A stretch of 64,000 bases of DNA from a virus, in the IMG/VR virus record IMGVR_UViG_3300033550_000002, positions 15,685 to 79,684 of that record; one strand, 5' to 3'. Below are positions 29,385-38,824 of this stretch, piece after piece. The notes beneath the pieces were generated by a model. The model was not told where the DNA came from and made no database searches. It saw nothing but the letters and a program-made list of their open reading frames with translations. The position numbers were made by a program, and so were the translations under genes. Every line of letters begins with the position of its first letter. The stretch's first letter is position 1.

Positions 29385-29698
29385 CCCTCCTCGTTCCAGA
29401 CGTTGCCGAAGTAGTCCTTGTGCGGGGTGGCCGGGTAGTGGCGGACCTCCTCCTCGCACTGCTTGTAGCCCTCCTCGGCTCCGCAGGTCTCCACCACGCC
29501 GACCTCGCGCAGCGCCTCGCGGGCCGGGGAGTCGGCCGCCAGGAGGGCGACGTTGGCCTCGCCGACGTCCCAGTCCTCGTCCCTGAGGGCCCTGATCAGG
29601 GAAGCCATGACCTGCTTCGCGCTGACCTCGCCACGGTCCCGGGCCTCTACCGCCCCGACGACCGCCTCGAAGACGCGTCGCCCTCCGTGCCAGCTCAT
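29381..29698 (-). CDS. hypothetical protein
   Basis: coupled ORF. Confidence 0.55.
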   Translation of the reverse strand: MSWHGGRRVFEAVVGAVEARDRGEVSAKQVMASLIRALRDEDWDVGEANVALLAADSPAREALREVGVVETCGAEEGYKQCEEEVRHYPATPHKDYFGNVWNEEG

Positions 29699-29752
29699 CC
29701 GTTCTCTCTTTCCGCTTTCGCTGCGTGGATTCGCCTTGTAATCGAAGGCGAA

Positions 29753-29968
29753 TCAGATCGCTTCCACTCGGGTCACGTGGTAGCGGGTCTGGTAGATGTC
29801 ACGGACATCCTCCACCCGCATTCCGTCGAGATCGACCGCGAAGGTGTGGTGTTCGCCCGTCACGTCGGTGCAGGGCTCTCCGTTCACCGGGCACGGGCCG
29901 GTCTTCTTGTCGCGCGGGTTGTGCTCCGGGTTCTTCGGGAGCTTGACGGTCACCAGGTGGCTGGCCAT
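29753..29968 (-). CDS. small hypothetical protein
   Basis: HNP..K.TGPCP...CTD.TGEHH. Confidence 0.55.
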   Translation of the reverse strand: MASHLVTVKLPKNPEHNPRDKKTGPCPVNGEPCTDVTGEHHTFAVDLDGMRVEDVRDIYQTRYHVTRVEAI

Positions 29969-30441
29969 CAGAACCGGCCGTAGTAGGCGTGACGGCCGCT
30001 GTACAGGTACTCGTTGATCGGGGCCAGCACGACCTTCCTGCCCCGGTAGCTTCCGCTGTTGGCGTTCCACATCCACGCCTTGCCGGACCAGTACCCCGCG
30101 TAGATCCCGATGTGCTTGATGTTGCCGGTCGAGGTCCCGATGGCGACGATGTCGCCCTTGGTCCGCGACTGCCAGGACAGCTTCTTCGAGGCGTTGTACT
30201 GCTGCTGCGCCGTGCGCGGGAGCGTCTTGCCCACCTTGCCGAAGGAGTACTTGACCAGGCCGGAGCAGTCGAACGCGTTGGGCCCCGTCGCGCCGCTGAC
30301 GTAGGGGTCGTTCTTCTGTCCGGCCGCGATACTGAGCGCCCTCACCCGTATCGAGGTCGCGGCCTCGGCCTGCGGGGCCAGGCCGACCGCCAGGGTCGCG
30401 CCGACGACGGTCGAGACGGTGACGCCGAGGATCTTCTTCAT
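29968..30441 (-). CDS. secreted NlpC/P60 peptidase
   Basis: signal peptide AEA; PYVSGATGPNAFDCSGL, HIGIY. Confidence 0.88.
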   Translation of the reverse strand: MKKILGVTVSTVVGATLAVGLAPQAEAATSIRVRALSIAAGQKNDPYVSGATGPNAFDCSGLVKYSFGKVGKTLPRTAQQQYNASKKLSWQSRTKGDIVAIGTSTGNIKHIGIYAGYWSGKAWMWNANSGSYRGRKVVLAPINEYLYSGRHAYYGRF

Positions 30442-30497
30442 GGATTTCCCTGCTTTCTGGGTTCGTTCGGAGGATTCGCCTTGTAATCAGAGGCGAA

Positions 30498-30914
30498 CTA
30501 CCACTTGAGTCCGTGGGGGCTGAAGAACACCTTGATCTCGGCCTTCCGGGCCCTGCGGACGCAGTCGGCCGTTCCGTGGGAGGCGTGAAGGCCGGGAGGG
30601 CACCAGCGGGTCCGCCTGCGGCAGGGGAGTGCGAACGCGAGGACCAGGTCGGCCCCGGACTGCACCATCTGCTCGTTGCGCATGAAGCCCGCCTGACGCC
30701 CGTGCTTGTCCCAGTTGGCCGGGAAGCCTACCTCGGAGACGAGTCCGGTCCTGGAACGCATCGTGACCCACTGGTGCGCCATGTGGTCGGCACCGGTCGG
30801 ACAGAGCCCCTGGAGAACCGTCACGCGGCCGGAACGCCGCAGGATGTTGTCCAGGGCCTGATTCACCGAGGAAGCCCTCAGCCAGTCCCTGGACCCCGTC
30901 ACGAGCACTCTCAC
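30498..30914 (-). CDS. SLOG-family (DUF2493/YspA-like) protein
   Basis: RVLVTGSRDW, GAD, PANW..HG..AG..RN..M, GTADC. Confidence 0.82.
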   Translation of the reverse strand: MRVLVTGSRDWLRASSVNQALDNILRRSGRVTVLQGLCPTGADHMAHQWVTMRSRTGLVSEVGFPANWDKHGRQAGFMRNEQMVQSGADLVLAFALPCRRRTRWCPPGLHASHGTADCVRRARKAEIKVFFSPHGLKW

Positions 30915-31478
30915 GCGTCTTCCCTTCGCTCTGTGCGTCGATATGCCGGTCCACCTGCGGCGACACCCTCAACATCCGGGCGGATTGCGCTTCTTGGCGA
31001 CTGGCCTAGGTCAAGACTACACCCGGCCTACCTCTCGGGGTAGGCCACTTCTCGAAATCACCCTTGTGGCGGTTCGACCGATTCCGCCCGTTTAGAATCA
31101 GCCCGAATTCGGACAAACGGTCACCGCTAGGCCGACGAATCGGTGGAACATCGCCAGATTTGCCACCCGAATCAGGGTGAACCGGACATTCGGCTTCGGG
31201 CGAATCAGGACATTCTCATCATTCGCCCAGCTCAGTGCGGGTTCGTCGATTCGTCTCCGAATATCCGATTCGCGCAGAATGAACCAGGCTGGCAGTCCGA
31301 TCTGTCCCGGTTTGATCCGAGAGCCCTTCGGCTGATTCTTCCAGGGATTCGGCGGGCTTCCAGCCGTCTTCCCGGTTACCTACAAGTAGCTTCTTGTGTG
31401 TTCGTGAACCGAAGGAAAGCTACCGAACGGTAACCAGGTGGCACGAAGAAGGCCCGCCACGGCAGGGCGGGCCTTCGG

Positions 31479-31721
31479 TCAGACGAGCCAGGACGGGATC
31501 GCGTCGTCCGGCGGGTGAACGGTGAACTCCTCCTCCTCGGGTGAGCCGTCCTGTCCACGGACGATCGCCCCGGAGGAGTCCCGGACGAACCGGAAGAGCG
31601 TGACGGCTCCGTTCTCGTTCGTGATCGGCGTGTCCAGCGGGATGTCGTGCGGGTCCACCCCGCACGCCTTGAGCATCTTCACCGCGTCGAGGCGGTACTG
31701 CTCGTTCTTGAGCACCTGCAT
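31479..31721 (-). CDS. hypothetical protein
   Basis: GAGGAG RBS; flanked by hairpins. Confidence 0.55.
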   Translation of the reverse strand: MQVLKNEQYRLDAVKMLKACGVDPHDIPLDTPITNENGAVTLFRFVRDSSGAIVRGQDGSPEEEEFTVHPPDDAIPSWLV

Positions 31722-31765
31722 GACTCTCCTCACGCGAGAAGGGCGGGGCCGAAGCCCCGCCCTTC

Positions 31766-32176
31766 TTACAGTTCCACCTTCGACCCGTCGGGCCACAGAA
31801 GCAGAGCGACCTCCTTGCGGACGCCCTCCTCGTCGGAGACGACGCGCCAGACGTCGCCGCCGAAGTCCTCCGAGTCGACGACCAGCTCGCCCCGGAACAC
31901 GTGGTCCGGGAACGCGGCCACCAGCTCCGCCACGTCGTCCTCCATCTGGCGGGCGTCGTACGGGGTGTCGCGGAGCGGGCCGACCGTGCGACAGGTCAGG
32001 ACGGTGTTCACGCCCTCGTCGGTCTCCCTGTCGTCACGGTCGACGCACATGGCGATCCTGGGCGTCCCACGGCCTACGGCCTTGTTCTCGATGAAGAACT
32101 TGCTGTCCTTGATCTGGGACCACTTCATCGGCGGCTTGACCGACAGGTAGCCGGTGACCCTTCCGGTGTAGCTCAC
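31766..32176 (-). CDS. hypothetical protein
   Basis: 136-aa ORF. Confidence 0.6.
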   Translation of the reverse strand: MSYTGRVTGYLSVKPPMKWSQIKDSKFFIENKAVGRGTPRIAMCVDRDDRETDEGVNTVLTCRTVGPLRDTPYDARQMEDDVAELVAAFPDHVFRGELVVDSEDFGGDVWRVVSDEEGVRKEVALLLWPDGSKVEL

Positions 32177-32267
32177 CCTCTTCCCCTTCCAGCGGTGATC
32201 GAGATGACGATGGCCATCAGGCCGACGAAGACCATGGAGGACATCAGGGCGTGGGAGAAGAGGCTCA

Positions 32268-32846
32268 TCAGCCCTCCGTGCAGGCGGGGAAGTCGGACTT
32301 CTCCGGGCACCGGTCGTAGTCCACGCGGCGCACGTCCTGCTCGAACAGGCCGTCGGCGTTGCGGATGAACAGCTCCGGCTCCTCCTTGCACCCGGCGAGG
32401 GAAAGCGGGAGGGCGGCCTTCAGGAACTTCGGGATCTTCACCGGCTTCGCGGGCTTCTTGTCCAGCTCGACGCCCTTGGACTTCTTCACCGGCCGCTCGG
32501 TCCGGACCGGCGCGCTGCTGGCCGGTGCACTCCGGCCCGGCGCACTGCTGGCCGCCTTCGAGGGAGCCGTGGAGGGGGTCCGGTTCGACGAGCGCGGGGC
32601 CTCGGCGGTGTCGGGGGTGTCGCTGGTGCTCGTGCTGGACCTCGGCGGCGGCTTCGGCCTTCCGGCGACGGCCGCCTGGAATCCGATCGGGGCCATCGCG
32701 ACATCCTCGCCGGGGCAGTCGTAATCGATCTGCCGGGCCTCGACGACGCCGGAAACCTCGTACCGGTACGAGTCACCGGCACACCCTGCCACCAGCGAAA
32801 TTGCGCCGATGGTTGAAGCCAGGATCAAACTGCTCTTTTTCTTCAC
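32268..32846 (-). CDS. lipoprotein
   Basis: lipobox VAGC; Ser/Pro-rich linker. Confidence 0.65.
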   Translation of the reverse strand: MKKKSSLILASTIGAISLVAGCAGDSYRYEVSGVVEARQIDYDCPGEDVAMAPIGFQAAVAGRPKPPPRSSTSTSDTPDTAEAPRSSNRTPSTAPSKAASSAPGRSAPASSAPVRTERPVKKSKGVELDKKPAKPVKIPKFLKAALPLSLAGCKEEPELFIRNADGLFEQDVRRVDYDRCPEKSDFPACTEG

Positions 32847-32955
32847 GTTGAATCTCCTTTCCAGTTACTAGTGTTGCAGAAAACCGTGTTTCTGTCGAGC
32901 TGAATCTTCGTAGATCTGTGCGAGGCTAGCTTCATCACTACGGAAGGAGAGGGCC

Positions 32956-34038
32956 TTGGCCACACCTCCGAGCGCAACCGCCTTCGCAAACGCACTGCGG
33001 GCGGAAGGCTGCAAGGTCGTCGAAGTGGGCGACTGGGAGCACCACAACCGCAACCACAAGGGGCCGTGGGGCCCGGTTTACGGCGTGATGATCCACCACA
33101 CCGTCACCCGGGGAACGGCGAACACCGTACGGATCGTGAAGGACGGGTACTCCGGCCTCCCCGGTCCGCTCTGTCACGGCATGATCGCCAAGGACGGAAC
33201 GATTCACCTCGTCGGCTACGGCCGCACGAACCACGCCGGTCTCGGCGACGACGACGTGCTGCGCGCGGTCATGACCGAGAGCGCACTGCCGGTCGACAAC
33301 GAGGCGAACACCGACGGCAACCGCGCCTTCTACGGCTTCGAGTGCGAGAACTGGGGCGACGGTTCGGACCCCTGGCCCGCCGCCCAGCTCGAAGCGATCG
33401 AGCGTGCCTCGGCCGCCCTGTGCCGCCTGCACGGCTGGAAGGCCGAGAGCGTCATCGGGCACCGCGAGTGGCAGCCGGGGAAGCCGGACCCCAACGGCTT
33501 CACCATGTCCTCCATGCGCGCACGCGTACGCGCGAGGCTGGCGCACGCGCCGAACGTCCCCACGCCGCCCACCAACGGCTCCACGTACACCGTGAAGCCG
33601 GGCGACACGATGGCGGGCATCGCGAAGGCCCTCGGCGTCACCGTCGAGGCCCTGTTCGCGGCCAACCGGGACCGCGTGAAGGACCCGGACGAGATCTTCC
33701 CGGGGCAGGAACTCGTGATCCCGCCGCCGAAGACCCCGCCGCCGCCGAAGAAGCCGGTCGTCGACCTGTCGCGACTCGTCTCGGCCGCGCGCAACGATCC
33801 GTCGAAGAGCGGAACGCCGGTCAGCTACAGCGGTGTTTCGATCCTCGAAACCGCGCTGGTCGACGCGGGCCTGCTCGCCAAGAAGTACCGCGACGGCCAC
33901 TACGGATCGAGCACGGTCTCCGCATATGCCGCCTGGCAGCGCAAGTGCGGCTACCGTGGCACCGATGCCGACGGGATTCCGGGTATGACCAGCCTGAAGA
34001 AGCTGGGCGACACCCACGGATTCACCGTCGTCGCCTGA
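32956..34038 (+). CDS. endolysin: N-acetylmuramoyl-L-alanine amidase + LysM + PG-binding domain
   Basis: MIHHT, GFECEN, IGHREW..KPDP; YTVKPGDT...IFPGQEL; DGHYG..T, ADGIPG. Confidence 0.92.
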   Translation: MATPPSATAFANALRAEGCKVVEVGDWEHHNRNHKGPWGPVYGVMIHHTVTRGTANTVRIVKDGYSGLPGPLCHGMIAKDGTIHLVGYGRTNHAGLGDDDVLRAVMTESALPVDNEANTDGNRAFYGFECENWGDGSDPWPAAQLEAIERASAALCRLHGWKAESVIGHREWQPGKPDPNGFTMSSMRARVRARLAHAPNVPTPPTNGSTYTVKPGDTMAGIAKALGVTVEALFAANRDRVKDPDEIFPGQELVIPPPKTPPPPKKPVVDLSRLVSAARNDPSKSGTPVSYSGVSILETALVDAGLLAKKYRDGHYGSSTVSAYAAWQRKCGYRGTDADGIPGMTSLKKLGDTHGFTVVA

Positions 34039-34059
34039 CCCTCGAAGGAGGAAATCCTG

Positions 34060-34326
34060 ATGTCCGACCTCGACCTTCCCGACGGCGAGACCGTCGTCAA
34101 GACGGCCGCGATCTACGCCAAGGATCTGGCGGAGCGCGTCGTGGCCACCTTCGTCGTCACGGCGGCCGGTGTCGCCGTGGCCGCCGGACCCGGTGACATG
34201 TTCTCCGCCTCCTTCTGGGAGACGGTGGCCGCCGCCGGTATCGCCGCCGCCGGTTCCCTGCTGAAGGGCATGGCGGCGCGGGCGTTCGGCACCAAGAACA
34301 GCGCCTCCCTGGTCAAGGGGGCCTGA
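34060..34326 (+). CDS. holin (r1t-like)
   Basis: DLAERVVATF, two TMs, directly after endolysin. Confidence 0.8.
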   Translation: MSDLDLPDGETVVKTAAIYAKDLAERVVATFVVTAAGVAVAAGPGDMFSASFWETVAAAGIAAAGSLLKGMAARAFGTKNSASLVKGA

Positions 34327-34757
34327 TGCGCACGGCGGTCCGCAGGATTCAGAAGCTGCTGGGCCGCCGTGGCGCTGCGCTCCTTCTTCTCGGGGTGTCT
34401 CACGTGTGCTTCGGGCTGGGCTACGTCGTCCAGCCCGAGGTCACTTCCCCCGGCCTCGTCGTGCTGACCCGCTGGGCCAGCCTGTACTGCTGGACGTTCG
34501 TCTGGCTGACGTGCGGGCTGGCCGCGTTCGGGTCGGCATGGCTCCGGGTCGGAAGGGACTGGCTCGGCTTTTTCGCCGCGCTGATACCGCCGTTCCTGTG
34601 GGGATCGGCGTTCTTGTGGAGCGCATTGACCGGCGACTACCCGCGTGGACTGGCGGTCGCGGCCTGGTACGTGATCGGGCACGTTGGACTGATTCTGTGG
34701 GCTGCGACGGTTCCCGAGTTCTCCCTACCCCGTCCAGTCCGGAGGGAGCGGAGATGA
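34326..34757 (+). CDS. membrane protein in lysis cassette
   Basis: four TM segments, coupled start. Confidence 0.7.
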   Translation: MRTAVRRIQKLLGRRGAALLLLGVSHVCFGLGYVVQPEVTSPGLVVLTRWASLYCWTFVWLTCGLAAFGSAWLRVGRDWLGFFAALIPPFLWGSAFLWSALTGDYPRGLAVAAWYVIGHVGLILWAATVPEFSLPRPVRRERR

Positions 34758-35128
34758 CCGAAGACTGGGGGGCCCTGGTGCCCATCGTCGGAGCAGTGCT
34801 GGGGGCGGTGGCCCTTCTCGGGTCCGGCCTGTTCGCGGCTCGGGCGACGAGGGCGGCGGCCCGCATGACGACGGAGGCGCAGCGCGCCACCGCGCTGGCT
34901 TCCGCAGAGCCCGCGCAGCGCCAGGCCGACCTGGCGACGTTCCGGGAGATCCGGGACGGGCTGGAGCGGAAGCTGGACCAGCAGGAGAGGCGCGTGGACA
35001 GCCTCACGTCGCTGGTGCGGGCCTTCTCCTGGTACGTGTCCGAGTTGACGGGACACATGAGGGGCCAGGGCATCGATCCGCCTGCGCCCCCTGAGCGCAT
35101 CCAGGAGTACAACCGCTCGGGCGTCTGA
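34754..35128 (+). CDS. membrane-anchored coiled-coil protein in lysis cassette
   Basis: N-terminal TM followed by coiled coil. Confidence 0.65.
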   Translation: MTEDWGALVPIVGAVLGAVALLGSGLFAARATRAAARMTTEAQRATALASAEPAQRQADLATFREIRDGLERKLDQQERRVDSLTSLVRAFSWYVSELTGHMRGQGIDPPAPPERIQEYNRSGV

Positions 35129-35160
35129 GAAGAGGGGCACCGGGCTGGGGTGCCCCTCTC

Positions 35161-36651
35161 TCACTTGTCCCCGTACAGCGAGGACATCCGCGACCGCTTG
35201 GTGAGGTTGTTCAGCTCCACGTCGAAGTCGATGGTGCCCTCGGTGAGCAGACGCCACCGCTGGACCGGGGACTTCTGGCCGGGCCGGTACAGACGGCCTT
35301 CTGCCTGCTGGTTCGCCACCGTGTCCTCGGTGGCCGAGGCGATGATCTCGCACCGGCAGACGTCCTTGATCCAGTCGACGCCTTCCGCGAGGGACTGGGT
35401 CTGTGCGATCAGGACGCGCCACTCCTTCCCGAAGCCGGTCTCGATCTTCTTCCTCTTGGCTGCCGTCGTCTTCATCGTCCACGAGACAGCCTGGCTTCCG
35501 ATCGCCTGCTCCGCCATGCGGGCCCACTTCGCCGACGACGTCCACAGCAGGACGGGCTCGTCGGGCGGGAGGTCGCGCAGGATCTCCAGGACCGCATCGA
35601 TCTTCGGCTGCGGCATGTCGGGGTTGTAGGAGATGTCAGGCTTGTACTTCCCCTCGACCTCCGTGGCCAGGAGAGTCCCGAGCGCGGCCTGCCGGAGCCT
35701 GGTCCGCTGCTCGATCGGGAGGGACGCACCCACGGGCATGTCGTTGATCCAGGCCAGGGACTGCTTCTTGAAGTCGGCGTACTGCTCGGCCTGCTCTTCG
35801 CCCATCGACACCACGACCTGGCGTTCGACGATCGGAGGCATGTCGGCGACGACCTCCTCCGTGCGATAGCGAACCACGGCGGGAATGCCCCGCCAGACCG
35901 CTCCCGGGAACTTCTCCTTTCCGATCTTCTTGACCGACTTCTTCTGGCCGCCGGAGTAGTAGGAGTCGTCCTCGATCTCGAAGTGCTTCTCCGCCCACTG
36001 CCAGAAGTTCGGGAACAGGTTGGGCCAGATCAGGTTCAGGAGAGCCCACAGGCCCTCGGGACGGCCGCCTCCGGGCGTGGCCGACAGGGCCAGCATCTGG
36101 GTCGCCTTGATGCACTTGAGCACCTGACGTGGCACGCCCTCGCGGTTGCAGGCGCGGTGCGCCTCGTCGAGGATCACCAGATCCCATGTTCCGGTCCGGC
36201 TCCATGGCGGCACGGTGCCCTCACGCATGGCGCGCAGAGCGGACGCCTTGGTGGCCTTGGGCTCCTTGCGGATGCGGTTGCGGCCCTTCGACGCCTTGCG
36301 CCGGATGTCCTCCGGGATGCCGCCGTGCATCGCGTTCCAGCTCATGATGAACACGCCCGGCTGCTTCTTGAGGATCAGCCCCCAGTTCTCGGTGTCGGTC
36401 CGGTGTGTGCCCGTGATGTGCAGCAGGCCCCGGTCGCGAAGGGCGGGGAACTGCTCGGCGAACGTAGCCTCCCACTGCCGGGGCATCGTCGCGGGGGCGA
36501 TCACCAGGACGCGCGGGGCGCGGCCGAGGTCCAGCACGCGGCACGCCTCGACCGAGGTGACCGTCTTACCGGCACCGAGGCCCGAGGCGTTGATGCCGCC
36601 CCGGGCCAGAATGCCGACCGTCTCCACCTGGTACGGCCTGAGCTTCTTCAC
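35161..36651 (-). CDS. SNF2-like SF2 helicase
   Basis: LRPYQ, GLGAGKT, ILDEAH, LSATP, QAEGRLYRPGQ. Confidence 0.9.
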   Translation of the reverse strand: MKKLRPYQVETVGILARGGINASGLGAGKTVTSVEACRVLDLGRAPRVLVIAPATMPRQWEATFAEQFPALRDRGLLHITGTHRTDTENWGLILKKQPGVFIMSWNAMHGGIPEDIRRKASKGRNRIRKEPKATKASALRAMREGTVPPWSRTGTWDLVILDEAHRACNREGVPRQVLKCIKATQMLALSATPGGGRPEGLWALLNLIWPNLFPNFWQWAEKHFEIEDDSYYSGGQKKSVKKIGKEKFPGAVWRGIPAVVRYRTEEVVADMPPIVERQVVVSMGEEQAEQYADFKKQSLAWINDMPVGASLPIEQRTRLRQAALGTLLATEVEGKYKPDISYNPDMPQPKIDAVLEILRDLPPDEPVLLWTSSAKWARMAEQAIGSQAVSWTMKTTAAKRKKIETGFGKEWRVLIAQTQSLAEGVDWIKDVCRCEIIASATEDTVANQQAEGRLYRPGQKSPVQRWRLLTEGTIDFDVELNNLTKRSRMSSLYGDK

Positions 36652-36917
36652 CTGACGACCTTCCGGTCCCCTCGGGTCCGGGTGTAGACACGGACGTTGT
36701 CCGCCGCGTTGCGGCGCTGGCCCATCAGGTCGCTGGAGACCTCGCCGTCCGTCGTCACCCAGCCGAAGGAGCCGGTGGCGATGTACCCGCTGTCGATCGG
36801 GACGAAGAAGGTCCAGCCGGAGATCTCGTCGCTGAAGCGCCGCGCCTTGACCGGCCGGAACTCCTTGGCCGTCGGGAACTTCTCCAGAACCGCCTGCTCG
36901 TGGATCACGCCCTTCAC
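36648..36917 (-). CDS. hypothetical protein
   Basis: coupled ORF. Confidence 0.55.
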   Translation of the reverse strand: MKGVIHEQAVLEKFPTAKEFRPVKARRFSDEISGWTFFVPIDSGYIATGSFGWVTTDGEVSSDLMGQRRNAADNVRVYTRTRGDRKVVR

Positions 36918-37225
36918 CCTTCCTTCCCGAGACGCCTGCGGGCGACCTCTCGCCGCGCGGCGGTCACGTACTTGCGGCCCCAGCGGGCTGCGGTCATCGA
37001 GATGAACTGGTCCAGCCGGTCGCGGATCTCGATCGCCTCGGCCAGACTCAGGTGCGGGTCCATGGCCTTGACGGTCGGCGACTCGCCGACGAAGAGCCAG
37101 ACGTGCGGCCCCTCCGCCGACGACGACTCCTGCACGCGCACGGAGTGCCCGTACGAGGTCTCCACGGCGTCACCGCCGTAGATCAGGAAGCCGCGCTGCG
37201 TCTCGACCGGGTCCGGGGCGCTCAA
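36914..37225 (-). CDS. hypothetical protein
   Basis: RGF..YG...VRVQESSSA..PHVWLF; TTG start overlapping upstream stop. Confidence 0.55.
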   Translation of the reverse strand: MSAPDPVETQRGFLIYGGDAVETSYGHSVRVQESSSAEGPHVWLFVGESPTVKAMDPHLSLAEAIEIRDRLDQFISMTAARWGRKYVTAARREVARRRLGKEG

Positions 37226-37473
37226 CTCACCACCCCGATCACGCGGGCCGCCTCGGCGTCGGTCGCGTAGCCCTGCTCGGCCGCGTACTCGGCGATGTCG
37301 ACCGGCCAGCGCTTGTCGAAGAACCCGATCACGACCGTCTGGCCCTCCAGCTCGACCGTGTTCGACTTGCCCGCCCCGAAGTAGTCCTTGTGCTCCAGGT
37401 AGACGGCTTCCGCCGCATCCTGACTCAGGCACTCCAGCCGGACCTCGTTCAGACCGTTCTCACCCTGCTGCAT
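37222..37473 (-). CDS. hypothetical protein
   Basis: AGGAG RBS. Confidence 0.5.
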   Translation of the reverse strand: MQQGENGLNEVRLECLSQDAAEAVYLEHKDYFGAGKSNTVELEGQTVVIGFFDKRWPVDIAEYAAEQGYATDAEAARVIGVVS

Positions 37474-37485
37474 CCCAGCTCCTTC

Positions 37486-37704
37486 TCAACGCCATCCCAC
37501 GACCGCGCGGCGCGCGGACGAGAGGAAGTGCGCGACGGTGTTCCACGGCTTTCCGCAGAACAGGCACCCCTTCAAGGTCGGGGTGAACCAGTGCGGGGTG
37601 TCCTTGACTCCGGCTTCGGCCGAACTGCGGTGCTGGCTCTCGGTCGCACCGCAGTTCGGGTAGAGGCAGGCGTTCTCACCCCTGAAGACGTGATCCTTGA
37701 TCAC
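37486..37704 (-). CDS. small Cys/His-rich protein
   Basis: two H-x-F...C..C...H units. Confidence 0.45.
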   Translation of the reverse strand: MIKDHVFRGENACLYPNCGATESQHRSSAEAGVKDTPHWFTPTLKGCLFCGKPWNTVAHFLSSARRAVVGWR

Positions 37705-37916
37705 TTCGTCGACCTGTCCACCGCGTTGATCGCGCGGTTGACGGCGCGGCGCACCGGCTTGGTGTACATCACGGCCGCTCCGACCGCGAGGGTCGTGGCG
37801 GCGGCAAGGCCGCTGGCCGCAGCCGAGTCGGTGGCCAGCTCCACGCCGACGGCACTCACGGCGGCCGTCGCCAGGATCACCGCGTCGTGGGCGACCAGGT
37901 GCGCGTCCTTGTCCAT
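37701..37916 (-). CDS. small membrane protein
   Basis: AAGGA RBS; two hydrophobic segments. Confidence 0.5.
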   Translation of the reverse strand: MDKDAHLVAHDAVILATAAVSAVGVELATDSAAASGLAAATTLAVGAAVMYTKPVRRAVNRAINAVDRSTK

Positions 37917-37944
37917 CTCTTCCTTCTCCGTTTCCTCCGCGAGG

Positions 37945-38247
37945 TCAGACCTCGAAGAACTTCCCCTGCCCCTGCGGGACCTGGGGGGCGTTGCCCTCGT
38001 CGACCTCACGCCAGTGGCGCAGGGACTGCTCGGGCGAGTGGGTCAGCCGGGCGCTGAGCCATGCCCGGAGTTCCGGAAGCTGCTCTTCGCGCCAGGCGGG
38101 CTGGCCCTCGATTCTGCCCGGGACGTCGTAGAAGGTGTCCTCGGGCATCGGGAAGGCGGCCGTCGGTCGGTCCACCCAGTTCAGCACGGTCAGTCTCGTC
38201 ACTCCGAGGTGCCGGGCCACGTGCCCAGCGCCGAACAGCTTCAGCAT
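37945..38247 (-). CDS. AlpA/Xis-like HTH protein
   Basis: GAGHVARHLGVTRLTVLNW...FPMP...PAW. Confidence 0.65.
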   Translation of the reverse strand: MLKLFGAGHVARHLGVTRLTVLNWVDRPTAAFPMPEDTFYDVPGRIEGQPAWREEQLPELRAWLSARLTHSPEQSLRHWREVDEGNAPQVPQGQGKFFEV

Positions 38248-38334
38248 GGTTCGCTCCTTTCGACCTAGGCCAAGCCTAGCACGAATCGGAAGATCGAAGT
38301 TCCAACATTGCTGCTGAATGGCCGACTTGGAGAA

Positions 38335-38712
38335 TCAGTCGGGCTTGTGCGCTTCGAGAACCGCGATGACGCCTTCCAGGGCCTCGTCGGGGTACCCGCG
38401 CATCGACCCCAGACCGTCGGAGCGAGTCGGCATCAGGCCCAGGTCGAAGATCCGGCCGAGCAGGGCCTCGCGCTTCCTGACGGCCGCGACCTCGGTCTTC
38501 GTGCGGAAGTACCGCGTGTAGCCGTAGTTCTTCTCCGTGTCCACGCGATCGGTCATCGAGAAGGCCGACTCTCGGCCACGCACCTCGATGTAGATGCGGC
38601 GGGTACCGATCCGGGTCACCTCGCAGTTGTCGTACTCACGGCCGTCGTAGACGACGACCTTGCTGCCGGGCCGCAGGACTTCCCCGCCGACCTTGAACTC
38701 TCGCTCCTTCAT
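38335..38712 (-). CDS. hypothetical protein
   Basis: GGAG RBS, upstream -10 TAGAAT. Confidence 0.6.
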   Translation of the reverse strand: MKEREFKVGGEVLRPGSKVVVYDGREYDNCEVTRIGTRRIYIEVRGRESAFSMTDRVDTEKNYGYTRYFRTKTEVAAVRKREALLGRIFDLGLMPTRSDGLGSMRGYPDEALEGVIAVLEAHKPD

Positions 38713-38824
38713 GCACTTCTCCGTTTCCTCAACTAACCCCATTCTAGCGAAAGTTGAGAACGCGGGCAAGGAGGGCACGAGAAGGGCCCCCCACCTCCGG
38801 AGAGGTGAGGGACCCAGGCGGGGC

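Noticed and set aside
31143-31433. 96-aa + strand ORF
   Set aside because: Atypical codon usage, no RBS, lies in the repeat island
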